The notes under the pieces were generated by a model. That model searched no databases and was not told the DNA's origin. It saw only the letters and a program-made list of their open reading frames with translations. A program made the position numbers and the translations under genes. From IMG/VR virus record IMGVR_UViG_3300042511_000202, positions 1 through 29,398 of that record: a stretch of 29,398 nucleotides of DNA, one strand, 5' to 3'. The first letter of the stretch is position 1. The number at the start of each line of letters is the position of its first letter. The stretch comes from a virus (lineage: Duplodnaviria; Caudoviricetes). Of the stretch, positions 9,498 through 19,206 are shown one piece after another.

Positions 9498-10370
9498 CTA
9501 ATAGTCAGCACCATCATCTGAAAGTACAGCATCTGAAGAAACTAAATTATCATCAGCATTGTATTCTTTAATGTCTGTAAGAGTGAAATAGTCTTTAGAA
9601 CCATATTCTCCTGTTACATTAACTACAAACTTCTCATGAGGCTTTAAGTCTTTTGCTTTCTTACTACGTAAACCATCTAACACTTTGTCATTCTTATAGT
9701 CTACAAGTCTGAATTGTCTTAGAGAAAATGCAGGTAAGAATGCTTTTGTATACATGTTTTGATATTCTTTAATCTCGTCATCTTTGATAACAGTCTTAAT
9801 AGTAGCAAGAGCTACAATATTTGTAGACCATTCACCATTGATTTGAGATTTAAGATCATTCAAGTTACCTCTCATCATCTTCTTCCAGTCAACTTGTAAC
9901 GTAGTGTCAGCATCTCTATAATCAAGATTACCTAACCATGTTTTCAAGAAACCATAAAAATCATCTTCTCCAATAAATGCTGGACGATATTCTCTTTTAG
10001 AGAACCATTCTGGCAAATTATTAGGATCATCAGCCCATGATGTAGTTCCTACAGCGTTAATATACTGCTTCTTAGTTTGATCTTTGTTCTCTTTAACCTT
10101 ATCTTCTAAGAAGAATGTAGCTTTGAATTTATCTCCTGTCTTAACTTGTTCTAACCAAATATCAACACGTAAATTTGTGTTACCATCTTGACTCTTACCA
10201 AGATAATCCAAGGCTTTAGAATCTTCTTTCAATTCCATACCTAAGATTTCTTTATACTCTTCTGCATCAGGATTAATAGCAACTACATTTGCCTCAAATA
10301 AACCTACTTTTTTGCTAAAGCTTGAATCATTACTACTAGATTCTCTTTTCTTTCCACCTATTGAACTCAT
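9498..10370 (-). CDS. probable single-stranded DNA-binding / recombination protein
   Basis: Sits between the AAA ATPase and primase; acidic tail ending in an aromatic residue (SDDGADY); followed by a terminator. Function is inferred from context. Confidence 0.5.
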   Translation of the reverse strand: MSSIGGKKRESSSNDSSFSKKVGLFEANVVAINPDAEEYKEILGMELKEDSKALDYLGKSQDGNTNLRVDIWLEQVKTGDKFKATFFLEDKVKENKDQTKKQYINAVGTTSWADDPNNLPEWFSKREYRPAFIGEDDFYGFLKTWLGNLDYRDADTTLQVDWKKMMRGNLNDLKSQINGEWSTNIVALATIKTVIKDDEIKEYQNMYTKAFLPAFSLRQFRLVDYKNDKVLDGLRSKKAKDLKPHEKFVVNVTGEYGSKDYFTLTDIKEYNADDNLVSSDAVLSDDGADY

Positions 10371-10392
10371 TGTTTTCTAATTTAAATTGTTT

Positions 10393-10683
10393 TTATTTAT
10401 TGAATAATTTGTTATATTTCTGTATTGAAGATTCTGGATTGTTAACATAATCATTAACTTCTCCCATTGCTTCTGCTGTTGAAGCAAATGCTATTTCTTT
10501 ACATCCTATTCTAACTATGCATCCTAAACTTAAGAATCTAATAGAGATTTCATAATCTCTTAAATAGTCTTGTGTTGGACGAACCTCTCTCTTTTGAATA
10601 TCTATAGATTCTACTGGCATTGTTACTTCATAAACACTTCTTTGTTCCTCTGCTACTGGTTGATTTTGATCGTAGTCTCTCAT
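10393..10683 (-). CDS. hypothetical protein (96 aa)
   Basis: ORF in operon; GCIVRIGCKEIAF motif. Confidence 0.7.
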   Translation of the reverse strand: MRDYDQNQPVAEEQRSVYEVTMPVESIDIQKREVRPTQDYLRDYEISIRFLSLGCIVRIGCKEIAFASTAEAMGEVNDYVNNPESSIQKYNKLFNK

Positions 10684-10687
10684 AATT

Positions 10688-11359
10688 TTATTTGTAATAT
10701 TCGTTAATACTATTTATAACTGATTGTAGATTATTTGGGATTTTTGTTTCTGCAAACATTCCATCTGGACTCTTTGCTGGAAACTTCTTAAAGCGATTAG
10801 TTATAAAACTATACTCTGCTGTACCATCTTTCTTCTCTTCTACAAGAGTGTACAAACATACAGTTAATAAACCCTCAAGCAAAACCTGATTGTCAATTAA
10901 CTTACCTGCAGTTTTGATTTTGTAACCAACAATCTCATTACCATCTTCGATAGTTTCTGGATGAGTGAAGTAGAATACTGTTAGATCATCTCTAAGCATT
11001 CTTGCTGTTCTGAAAAGATCAACCATATCTCTAGCCATAAGACTAAATTTAGTATAACCTGTCTCAGTAGCTTTTGCTACCATGTTAAAACCCATAATGT
11101 AATTTGAATCCTCAATTACAATAGTTTTAATGTGTGTTGCTTTCTCAGAAATAGTTTTCAACAAACGAGTGATTTCATTTGCATCATCTAATTCTTTGTA
11201 ATTTTTGTTTTCTGCATTATACAATTTCTCTGATCCTTTGAAAGGTAATTCTTTCTTAGCTACATTAATGATGTAGGTTGTAGTTGGATCTAAGTGTTTA
11301 ATGCTTGTTGATTTTCCTGTGCCTGTTGCACCAACAATTCCAATTAATTTGCTTGCCAT
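10688..11359 (-). CDS. P-loop ATPase (AAA_24 / Sak4-like)
   Basis: Walker A GATGTGKST, Walker B IVIED, FTHPE, AKSPDGMF. Confidence 0.8.
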   Translation of the reverse strand: MASKLIGIVGATGTGKSTSIKHLDPTTTYIINVAKKELPFKGSEKLYNAENKNYKELDDANEITRLLKTISEKATHIKTIVIEDSNYIMGFNMVAKATETGYTKFSLMARDMVDLFRTARMLRDDLTVFYFTHPETIEDGNEIVGYKIKTAGKLIDNQVLLEGLLTVCLYTLVEEKKDGTAEYSFITNRFKKFPAKSPDGMFAETKIPNNLQSVINSINEYYK

Positions 11360-11387
11360 GTTTTAATTATTTAATTTATTTAGTTAT

Positions 11388-11395
11388 TAAAGATA
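11388..11395 (-). promoter_or_regulatory. possible -7 promoter element (TATCTTTA)
   Basis: One mismatch to TAnnTTTG in the intergenic gap upstream of the ATPase; GTG 19 nt upstream. Confidence 0.4.
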
Positions 11396-11411
11396 CGAAT
11401 AATTATTTTAA

Positions 11412-12488
11412 TTACACATATTTTATTTTTGTTTTATCAAAGAACTCTAACGCTTTCTTTAGCCAATTAAGTTCTACTTCTTCATAAGATGTAATAATGT
11501 AAATGTGCGCTTTCTTATCAGGAGTATCATACTCCATTGCCATACATCTATTAATCTTTTGAGCTAAGTTTTCTCCATTGCTATCAAAATAGTTAATGAT
11601 CACTCTGTTCAGAGGTTTGTATGTAACCCCTGTGTTACCAATCTTCACAACAGCTAAATGGTTCCCTTTTCCTTCAGTGAAGTCTTGAAATACATCTTTT
11701 TCACTAGACTTACTATGATAGGAAGGTATGCCCAGAGCATCTGCTATAGCTGTTATACCACAAAATACAAGAATACGTTCATCTAAATGTTTAACTAAAA
11801 TTTCCTTTGTCTTATTCAATTTAGCTATACTATTCTGAATAATTCTCATTCTTGCCAAACGTAAGAACATTGTGTTACCACCTGATCTTTGCATATTGTT
11901 AATAACCCAACCATAACTGTCAAACATCTGCTTCTCTGTCTTCTTTTTGGTTTTGTATTGTATAAGTGTTTTATTATCCAGTGCCACTCTAACCACTGTA
12001 ATTTCATAATCTGCAATAACACCTTCTTCTATAGCTTGTGCTATTGGATAGTGTGCTGATACTTCTAAAGCTAGTTCTTCATCTAGAGTTTGTTCTGTCT
12101 GACCTGATAAAGTTCCTGTTAAACCAAGAACACATCTATTACCAATAAAGAGTTCTTGACAAACTTCTATCTGTGCTGCTGATAGTAAATGTATTTCATC
12201 AATGATGATGATGTCATACTTATTACCAACTAACTTCTTTAATGATAGATGTGTAGAATAAGTCACCTTATCATCTTTGTACTTCAGTGCTTTAAAATCA
12301 TCCTTCCATGAATCTTTAATCTTATTATCTGGATAAGCAATAAGAATGCTCTTAGGCTTAATAGCCTTTAGTATATTAATACTAGTTCTTATCTTACCAA
12401 ATCTTGGACACAAATTCAATATGGAGTATCTATCACTGTTCACCCAATTGTTGGCAAACTGTGCTTGCCTTTCATCTCTTAAACTCAT
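11412..12488 (-). CDS. superfamily 2 helicase-like protein with degenerate motifs
   Basis: LRDERQ (Q motif), LCPRFGKI (Walker A-like), IIIDEIH, LGLTGT, ILVFC, GNTGVT, QKINR. Confidence 0.75.
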   Translation of the reverse strand: MSLRDERQAQFANNWVNSDRYSILNLCPRFGKIRTSINILKAIKPKSILIAYPDNKIKDSWKDDFKALKYKDDKVTYSTHLSLKKLVGNKYDIIIIDEIHLLSAAQIEVCQELFIGNRCVLGLTGTLSGQTEQTLDEELALEVSAHYPIAQAIEEGVIADYEITVVRVALDNKTLIQYKTKKKTEKQMFDSYGWVINNMQRSGGNTMFLRLARMRIIQNSIAKLNKTKEILVKHLDERILVFCGITAIADALGIPSYHSKSSEKDVFQDFTEGKGNHLAVVKIGNTGVTYKPLNRVIINYFDSNGENLAQKINRCMAMEYDTPDKKAHIYIITSYEEVELNWLKKALEFFDKTKIKYV

Positions 12489-12730
12489 ACAAATCTTATT
12501 AATTTACCAGTTTTATCAAATAATTTAGTGATGTCAAACTTCTGTTCATAATAATGACATGCAGCTTCAAAAGCTTGATTCATCATTCCTGACAATTGTA
12601 AATACATCATGAATTGCTCAGGTTGTAAAAAAGGTTTATGCTTTGCTGCATCAAACTTTTCTTTGTACATTTCATACATAACTGCTGCTTGGTTATGTTG
12701 TACAGCATGGAAATATTGTTCTTTATCCAT
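12485..12730 (-). CDS. hypothetical protein (81 aa)
   Basis: Translationally coupled on both sides. Confidence 0.7.
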   Translation of the reverse strand: MDKEQYFHAVQHNQAAVMYEMYKEKFDAAKHKPFLQPEQFMMYLQLSGMMNQAFEAACHYYEQKFDITKLFDKTGKLIRFV

Positions 12731-13797
12731 TATTGTTCTCTTAAGAAATAACTTTTATTAGTAACAGAACTATAGTCAGCATCAGACATATCTTTAACTT
12801 TAGGTAGTTCTTTGAATATACCAAGTTGACCAAGGAAACCAAGACCTATTCTAACATCATCCTCACCATAGCTATTCTTAATCAATCTAAGCGATCTAAA
12901 ATACTTTGCACCATAACTATCCTTTAACTGATCAAGCTTATATCCTGAAGGATCTGGTACTTTATATCTCATAGGATCAAACAACGCAAGCACTACATCA
13001 GCATCATTCTGTGTAGATGATGATTCTGCAAAGTCTTCTAGTTGTGGTTCCACATCACCATTCTTGATTCTCATTGGATTAGATATAGATCTATTGAACT
13101 GACTTACAACTACAGGAGTGTAACCAAAGAAATCTCTGGCATATCTCAATTCATCACTCATCTTATCAATAGCTTCTTTCTTAGTAGGTTGAGCTTGTGT
13201 AGTTTTTAATAGACCAATATGATCAATAACAACAATAGTTATAGTGTTCTCATCATTGGGAACATAAATCTTGTTATACTCATCAAGCTGTTCTATCTTA
13301 CCATTCTCTAAAGCATGTGCTTTAAGTTCTTTGGCAATACCTACAGGATTCTCTGGACCATCAATGATTGTAATAACTTCAGTCATCTTATTGATGTAGT
13401 CTTCATAGCTCAAGAACAATTGATATTCTTCTGGAGACATCTTCTCTGTCCAACCTAATAACTTAGGAACACTAATGGTGATAGCATGATCAAGAAAGAT
13501 CTTTCTAGCAACCCACTTAGCAAGCTTGTATGTTCTACTTCTCTCCATAGAGCGATAGATAATTCTTAGTTTGATATTACTCTTGTTTTCTTTAGAGATG
13601 TACCAATCAAATGGATTAAGAACAAAAGCATCATCAATGAAACTTGTCTTACCAGAACCAGTGTTACCACCTACCAAGAAATACATACTCTTACGAATAC
13701 CAATATATCTATTCAATCTGTTGAAACCCATAGGGATTCCATTGTTCTTATCTGATAGACCTTGTTCTACCTCTTTTGCTAAATGTTCAAAACTCAT
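12730..13797 (-). CDS. DnaB-like replicative helicase (RecA-fold domain only)
   Basis: GIPMGF..LN, GGNTGSGKT, SME, VVIDHIGL, VVSQFNR, DFAESS...DADVV, KNSYG. Confidence 0.85.
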   Translation of the reverse strand: MSFEHLAKEVEQGLSDKNNGIPMGFNRLNRYIGIRKSMYFLVGGNTGSGKTSFIDDAFVLNPFDWYISKENKSNIKLRIIYRSMERSRTYKLAKWVARKIFLDHAITISVPKLLGWTEKMSPEEYQLFLSYEDYINKMTEVITIIDGPENPVGIAKELKAHALENGKIEQLDEYNKIYVPNDENTITIVVIDHIGLLKTTQAQPTKKEAIDKMSDELRYARDFFGYTPVVVSQFNRSISNPMRIKNGDVEPQLEDFAESSSTQNDADVVLALFDPMRYKVPDPSGYKLDQLKDSYGAKYFRSLRLIKNSYGEDDVRIGLGFLGQLGIFKELPKVKDMSDADYSSVTNKSYFLREQ

Positions 13798-13798
13798 A

Positions 13799-14059
13799 TT
13801 AAAATATTTTTTCTATGTTTATTTCTTCAAGAACTAATTCTGATGCATACATATTAAATTTATTTAATACATTTTTATTGTCTTTAAAATAGTAATGAAG
13901 AGTTATTCTTTTATTACCTTTTACTGGAACCCTTACATCAAACCAATATTCTTGTGTTGGTTTTTTATATCCAACAACTTCTATCCATGAATCTTCTTCA
14001 ATTATAAAACCTTGTTTTTCATAGGTTTCTTTGAGTGTGTCATACAATGTCTGTTTCAT
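13799..14059 (-). CDS. hypothetical protein (86 aa)
   Basis: Coupled ORF in a run of small genes. Confidence 0.65.
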   Translation of the reverse strand: MKQTLYDTLKETYEKQGFIIEEDSWIEVVGYKKPTQEYWFDVRVPVKGNKRITLHYYFKDNKNVLNKFNMYASELVLEEINIEKIF

Positions 14060-14322
14060 AATTCTTTATTTTTTTCTTCTTCTAAATATTTTCTACAATC
14101 TCCTATGGTGTATATACCCTGAGCAGAGTTATCTAATGGATAAACTTTTGTATCATCAGGTAGATGACTTGCTAAATCTAAAATCCAACGATTATAACTA
14201 CCTCTAAAAAATACTGCTGTAAAACAATAATCTTCATCTATGTATGGATAAATTTCTCCATTTTCATCAAAGATTTTATTCTTATCTAATCCATATTTTA
14301 ATATTCCAAATGTTGTGCTCAT
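14056..14322 (-). CDS. hypothetical protein (88 aa)
   Basis: Coupled ORF; LPDDTKVYPLDNSAQGIYTIGD motif. Confidence 0.65.
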   Translation of the reverse strand: MSTTFGILKYGLDKNKIFDENGEIYPYIDEDYCFTAVFFRGSYNRWILDLASHLPDDTKVYPLDNSAQGIYTIGDCRKYLEEEKNKEL

Positions 14323-14603
14323 AATCCTTTCTCTTCTTTATTTTTTTCTTCTTTATACATTTCTAATAGTTCTTCAATTAAAAATTCATCATCGTATTTG
14401 CTTTTAGCATATAATATATCACCGTAACTATTTTTGTTTAGTTCTCTATACTTAGTACACCACTCTGCAAAATCAATAGCAAAATCCTCTGCTATATAGA
14501 CACATATTTCAACCTGATTAGTTTCCATCTTTGTATTATTGTCACCACGATTTGGATAAACTAACATATTTATATTTTCAAATCTTTCTTCTAATGTTTT
14601 CAT
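14319..14603 (-). CDS. hypothetical protein (94 aa)
   Basis: Coupled ORF; IAEDFAIDFAEWC...ELLEMYKEEK. Confidence 0.65.
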   Translation of the reverse strand: MKTLEERFENINMLVYPNRGDNNTKMETNQVEICVYIAEDFAIDFAEWCTKYRELNKNSYGDILYAKSKYDDEFLIEELLEMYKEEKNKEEKGL

Positions 14604-14818
14604 AACTTTTTTATTTCAGTTTTAACTTCATCCCAATAACTATCTCTATTAACTCCTAATTTCATTTTCTTCCAACCAACTGCTTTCATTATCTCATTAA
14701 CTGCTACCAATGCACATTGTTTAGCATCATATAAATCGTTTGTTTCCCAATCGCTATCTGTATGAATTATAAACTTATCAACTAACTCTTTTGCTTTTTC
14801 TTTTGGTGATAACATCAT
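14600..14818 (-). CDS. hypothetical protein (72 aa)
   Basis: SPKEKAKELVDKF...AKQCALVAVNEI...YWDEVKTEI; coupled on both sides. Confidence 0.7.
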   Translation of the reverse strand: MMLSPKEKAKELVDKFIIHTDSDWETNDLYDAKQCALVAVNEIMKAVGWKKMKLGVNRDSYWDEVKTEIKKL

Positions 14819-15444
14819 ATATCTGTACCTCCTGATATTATTTGTTCTTCTTTAATTGTTTCACCTTCTTTGATTAGTTCAATGAATGGTTCAAATGTAC
14901 GTTGATTTAGATATGTAAAACTGTTTTGCATATATGTAAGTTTGTTGGTCTTTGTCTTGATAGAATTTTCTTTCTTCTGTAACACTTCAAACTCTAATGC
15001 TTCTATAATTTCATCAATTGTATAATCTCCTTCCTCAAGGATTTTATCAATCTTAGCTTTACATTCTTCTTTTTTCACTCTAATGGTTCTAGTTCCTGAG
15101 AACTTCTTATTCTTATAAGTGAAAGTGTCTGTACCAGGATAGGTTTCCCACCAACGTTGAAACTCAGTATCAATCTTTTTCTTTTTTACAAGATCAACTT
15201 CTTTTACATCCTCTAATTTGAGGAAGTCTAATACAGCTTTACCTGATAGTGTCACTTGATTCCACTCAGTGATCAAACCTTTTCTAATAAGGTTCTGACA
15301 CATAGCTTCAAGTTTTGGTGATGATTTGCAATAAAAAATTACATCAATACCTTTCTCAGCTAGAAGTAATAAAAATATTATATCTAATGAATAACCATTT
15401 TTAATGATTTTATCAAAATGGTAAGTTGTTAATTCTAGTTTCAT
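14815..15444 (-). CDS. putative replication initiator / replisome organiser
   Basis: N-terminal winged-helix-like segment (NLIRKGLI...LSGKA), then FQRWWETYP (FxxFWxxYP-type motif) and YMQNSFTYLNQRTFE; upstream of the DnaB-like helicase. Confidence 0.55.
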   Translation of the reverse strand: MKLELTTYHFDKIIKNGYSLDIIFLLLLAEKGIDVIFYCKSSPKLEAMCQNLIRKGLITEWNQVTLSGKAVLDFLKLEDVKEVDLVKKKKIDTEFQRWWETYPGTDTFTYKNKKFSGTRTIRVKKEECKAKIDKILEEGDYTIDEIIEALEFEVLQKKENSIKTKTNKLTYMQNSFTYLNQRTFEPFIELIKEGETIKEEQIISGGTDI

Positions 15445-15613
15445 ATTCCTCCTTTTTAATTATGCGTTGATCATCTACAATTATTTGTGCTGGTTTTCTA
15501 ATACTCTCGTAGTATTCTTGTTCCATGTTCCATTGGTTCTCCATTTTGTACATGAGATCTTTCTCATAGTCTCTTTCCCAATCTTCTAATAACCATTCTT
15601 TAGTCCTGCTCAT
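15413..15613 (-). CDS. hypothetical protein (66 aa)
   Basis: Overlaps both neighbours in the usual compact fashion. Confidence 0.6.
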   Translation of the reverse strand: MSRTKEWLLEDWERDYEKDLMYKMENQWNMEQEYYESIRKPAQIIVDDQRIIKKEEYETRINNLPF

Positions 15614-15911
15614 TTAATTTTTCTTTAACTATTTCAATTAATTTCTTTAAACATTCAAGTTCTGCTTTTTCGTAAGTATTTACCATATCAACAAATTCCC
15701 AACCTATTTTGGATACATAAGATACATATTTGTTTTTTATAGTAGGCTCTATTTTATAATGTAAATCATACTTCTCTCTAAACCATCTCAAAACCAAAGC
15801 CTGTTCTGAAATTCTTTCAGCACTATTTAATGGTAAGTCATCTAATTCTTCTATTGTAGTAGCAGAATAATGTATGTAACCAAGTTTTTTTAATTCTTTA
15901 AATATTTCCAT
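15600..15911 (-). CDS. hypothetical protein
   Basis: QALVLRWFREKYDL...TYEKAELECLKKLIEIV. Start moved to ATG 15911 because the track's TTG lies in the terminator tail. Confidence 0.7.
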   Translation of the reverse strand: MEIFKELKKLGYIHYSATTIEELDDLPLNSAERISEQALVLRWFREKYDLHYKIEPTIKNKYVSYVSKIGWEFVDMVNTYEKAELECLKKLIEIVKEKLNEQD

Positions 15912-15933
15912 TGTTTCTTTAATTAATGTAAAC

Positions 15934-15958
15934 AAAAAAGCCCCTAACTAAAGGGGCT
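15934..15958 (-). terminator. intrinsic terminator
   Basis: Minus strand AGCCCCT-TTAGTT-AGGGGCT-TTTTT; same stem as the terminator at 9457-9481. Confidence 0.75.
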
Positions 15959-15982
15959 ATAAATATAATAATAATTCTTTAA

Positions 15983-16234
15983 TTAGTCAACAATTTTTAG
16001 TCCAAACTGAAGGTCAAACCATGAGAAATTATTTTCAGCTCTACTCTTATTACACTTAAAAACCTTCTTTATAAGGGGAACAGCATATGCTTTGAATTCA
16101 TCATGTTGTGCTTTTGTCATTGACCATTCTTTAATCCATTCAGGATTAGCTACTGCCTCCTGAAATGTTTTACCAATCATGTTGAACTGATACTTTATCA
16201 ATTCATCACTAATGTTTAATCTGTTAATCTTCAT
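15983..16234 (-). CDS. hypothetical protein (83 aa)
   Basis: ORF ending FSWFDLQFGLKIVD, followed by a terminator. Confidence 0.7.
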   Translation of the reverse strand: MKINRLNISDELIKYQFNMIGKTFQEAVANPEWIKEWSMTKAQHDEFKAYAVPLIKKVFKCNKSRAENNFSWFDLQFGLKIVD

Positions 16235-16235
16235 T

Positions 16236-16427
16236 TTAAAAATCTTTTTTATTGCGTTTCCAATCTAACCAAAATCCTATACCAACAATAACGTTCATAC
16301 CAAAAGATGCTATAATTTCTATTATGTCATCATATACATTTGTTGTTAAATGTACATGACCAACCATCCAGAAAGGAATAGAAAGATTACTTGCTATCCA
16401 TATAATTAAGAATCTTATAAACTTCAT
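16236..16427 (-). CDS. small two-helix membrane protein (63 aa)
   Basis: Two hydrophobic stretches; start coupled to the polymerase stop. Confidence 0.65.
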   Translation of the reverse strand: MKFIRFLIIWIASNLSIPFWMVGHVHLTTNVYDDIIEIIASFGMNVIVGIGFWLDWKRNKKDF

Positions 16428-18391
16428 TAGAACATTGATATTTGGTTAGGTATAACAACCACTCTATTTCTTCTGCCTTCAAGCTTTATCTTACTAACTA
16501 TTCTATTAGCCTTCTCAATGTAATAATCATAATTGATATTACTCATTGGATGACCTTTAGTTAAATAGTTACATACATGACAAACCCATTCACCAGCTTC
16601 CACTTGAGAGACTTCAGCAGCATTAGTATCACAGTCTTCATTCTTTATCTTCCATAACTTCTCACCCACATTAGATACATAATATCTTATCAGTTTGTTG
16701 TACACTGTTCTTCCTGATTTACTAGAACCTTCATAGTGAAAGCTTCTGCTTGCTTTTTGACGAAGAGCGAAATCATATATGTTTTTATGATTCTGAATAG
16801 TAGTCTCAACAGGTACACCATGAACAAACCACTGCTCAAGAGCAATTGGGACCACACGTGCAGACTTGTTCTTATGTAGTTCAAAATCTGTAAGGAAGTC
16901 ACCTTTCTTTTTAATCTTACCATTGGTCATTATTGCTAAATAGTCATTCACTGTACTGAAAATGATTTTTTGATAATCTGTACGTTCTAATTCAAACTGT
17001 GTTAGTTCACACCACCACTTATTAATCTCAAACATCTTGTTAACGTGTGTCTTCTGTATTTTAACAGTGACACCATCTGTATTAGCAGAGATGACATGTA
17101 TGCCAGCTAATTCATATGCTTCAACTAACATCATTAAGCTCAACTCACCAGTGATGGTGGTAAACATAGTTAATAGTCTATCATATATCCAGCTTTGCAT
17201 ATCACTACTCTTACCATAAACACTATTGACAGCAAGCTTTAAAGCTCCTACAATACCAGCAATCTTTCTATCACTCTTAGCTAATGGTTTAAGCTCTAGT
17301 CTTTTCTCAAACATCTGTTTGTAACCTCTAAGAAACTCTTTACCTAAATGAGCAGGATATTTCTCACTGTTAATAATGATGGCAGGATAGTAACTAGACA
17401 CATCCCAATCAATAATCAAATACTCATCATCAGCTTCAAATATCTTAGGTTTATTCTCTGTATGCAAACCACCTTTCATGAATGAATAAACATTATCATA
17501 AAAGTTAATGGACTCTTTGAATTCATCAGCTATTCCTAGCTTAAGTTTTTTTATACGAGTTAAGAACTCTTTTAACTGTGGTGTTGTAAATGTAACAAAA
17601 TCAGCAATACAATTCTTTACAACAATCTCTTTACGAAAAGTTGCTTTCTTTGGTAATTCATTGTATTGTATATTCTTCTCTTGGCAATAAAACTTCTTAA
17701 TCATCTCATCACCAATCTTACTATCAGAATAGTTAAGACATGGTATACCGAATTCCTCCTGTATATCAAGTCTCAACTGTATCTGATTGTTCTGTTTGTA
17801 TAATGGATGCTCACAATCACCTGTGGTAACCTTATAGAATTCATAAGTTGCCATAACATCATTCTTACAATAGTCTCTGGTTAGCTTACACTCTTCAGCA
17901 GTCATATTGATTTTAGTATGATGTATTGGCATCTCTTCAATATTAATAAGATCCATCTCAAACTCTAACCTTTTTAATGATACCATACGATTTTTATTAT
18001 CGTAATGATTTATCTTAAATAAGTCTAACTGTTTTAATGATAGTTCATACTCTCTATATTCTGGGAAGACATCATAATTAGCATCATGAATAACATCAGC
18101 AGCTTTCTGTGCAATCTTAGCACATATCTCTAATGATGATAGTTCATTCCACTTATCATGATTTCTAAGAACCCATTCAACCACCTGGCTATCAAAGCGC
18201 AGATTGTTGTAACCAACCCAATAGCAGTCATCATATGATTCAGTGAACCTTACAAAGGCATCTAGTTGGTTAACATACGCACTAACTTCGAATTCATAAT
18301 ACTTTCTACCATCAGGGTAATATACACCAACAAGAAACATTTCTTGCATGGTTTCAATGTCGAAAATGACAACTTCTAAGTTATACTCCAT
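16427..18391 (-). CDS. polB: family B DNA polymerase with 3'-5' exonuclease
   Basis: ExoI FDIET, ExoII GYNNLRFD, ExoIII YCKNDV; polymerase motifs DWDVSSYYP, KLAVNSVYG, ANTDG. Start placed at ATG 18391 (MEYNLEVVIFDIET), 654 aa. Confidence 0.93.
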   Translation of the reverse strand: MEYNLEVVIFDIETMQEMFLVGVYYPDGRKYYEFEVSAYVNQLDAFVRFTESYDDCYWVGYNNLRFDSQVVEWVLRNHDKWNELSSLEICAKIAQKAADVIHDANYDVFPEYREYELSLKQLDLFKINHYDNKNRMVSLKRLEFEMDLINIEEMPIHHTKINMTAEECKLTRDYCKNDVMATYEFYKVTTGDCEHPLYKQNNQIQLRLDIQEEFGIPCLNYSDSKIGDEMIKKFYCQEKNIQYNELPKKATFRKEIVVKNCIADFVTFTTPQLKEFLTRIKKLKLGIADEFKESINFYDNVYSFMKGGLHTENKPKIFEADDEYLIIDWDVSSYYPAIIINSEKYPAHLGKEFLRGYKQMFEKRLELKPLAKSDRKIAGIVGALKLAVNSVYGKSSDMQSWIYDRLLTMFTTITGELSLMMLVEAYELAGIHVISANTDGVTVKIQKTHVNKMFEINKWWCELTQFELERTDYQKIIFSTVNDYLAIMTNGKIKKKGDFLTDFELHKNKSARVVPIALEQWFVHGVPVETTIQNHKNIYDFALRQKASRSFHYEGSSKSGRTVYNKLIRYYVSNVGEKLWKIKNEDCDTNAAEVSQVEAGEWVCHVCNYLTKGHPMSNINYDYYIEKANRIVSKIKLEGRRNRVVVIPNQISMF

Positions 18392-19106
18392 GTAATTTAA
18401 AATAATTATTTCTATAATGACTTTTACAAAACCCTTTTGCAAAATGTTTCTCACTACACTTACTACAAAATTTCTTTTCTTTTATAATAATAGGAAGATC
18501 TACAATATCTTTTTTTCTAGTTAAATATAAAGTTGAATCTTTATAAAGATAAGTAAAGAAATTACTATGAGAACTACTTCTAATGTATACTTGATATGCG
18601 CTTTCTTCATGATCAATATATCTTTTTGAAGGAGTAGTGTATTCTACATTAAGTGAATCTAAGAGTTTTATAAACTCTTTCATAAAATTATTACTAGAAG
18701 TAAAGTTTGTATTGAAGCAGCTATTTCTTCTACTTACATGTCCATCACCATCAAAGCAACCTCTAATAAAATGATTCATTAATTCTTCTGGAACTTCTGT
18801 TGGAAATTGTAAAGTTAAAGATTTATTAGGAGTACATCCTAACTTAGTTAAATCTGCACACATTTTTTTACTTGGTAGTATAAGTTTAGAATATTTCTCT
18901 CTATCAATATATAACTTACCTGTGTATCCAATACAATCAGCAAATTTTTTTAATATGTAAGCATCTTCATTAGCTAAAGTTATTTGTACTCTATTTCTAG
19001 CAGTGTAAACATTACCATCAGCAAATAATAGTCCTAAGAAATAAGCTTTTTCTTCACTATCAATCAATTCAAAGTAATCATCATCAAAGTTGTTTATTCG
19101 TTTCAT
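18381..19106 (-). mobile_element. free-standing double-motif LAGLIDADG homing endonuclease gene
   Basis: AYFLGLLFADG and HFIRGCFDGDG motifs, LGCTPNKS, YLTRK; own promoter; 3' end overlaps the polB start by 11 nt. Confidence 0.85.
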
Positions 19107-19157
19107 AAGTTTATAATTTATGAAACAAATATATGTAATATAATTGAAACTATCAAA
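19100..19157 (-). promoter_or_regulatory. Bacteroidota-type promoter plus start-codon-sequestering hairpin
   Basis: TTTG (19154-19157), 20-nt spacer, TATATTTG (19126-19133); inverted repeat GTTTCATAA/TTATGAAAC at 19118-19126 and 19100-19108 contains the ATG. Confidence 0.75.
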
Positions 19158-19206
19158 TAAGTTTAATAAGATTACTATGAGATGATATTGGTACTTTTAT
19201 TTGTTT

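Noticed and set aside
18381-19200. Group I intron or intein splitting the DNA polymerase
   Set aside because: polB is complete from ExoI onward downstream of the nuclease; no upstream exon, intron core or intein Cys/His-Asn ends are visible, and the nuclease is in a different frame with its own promoter.
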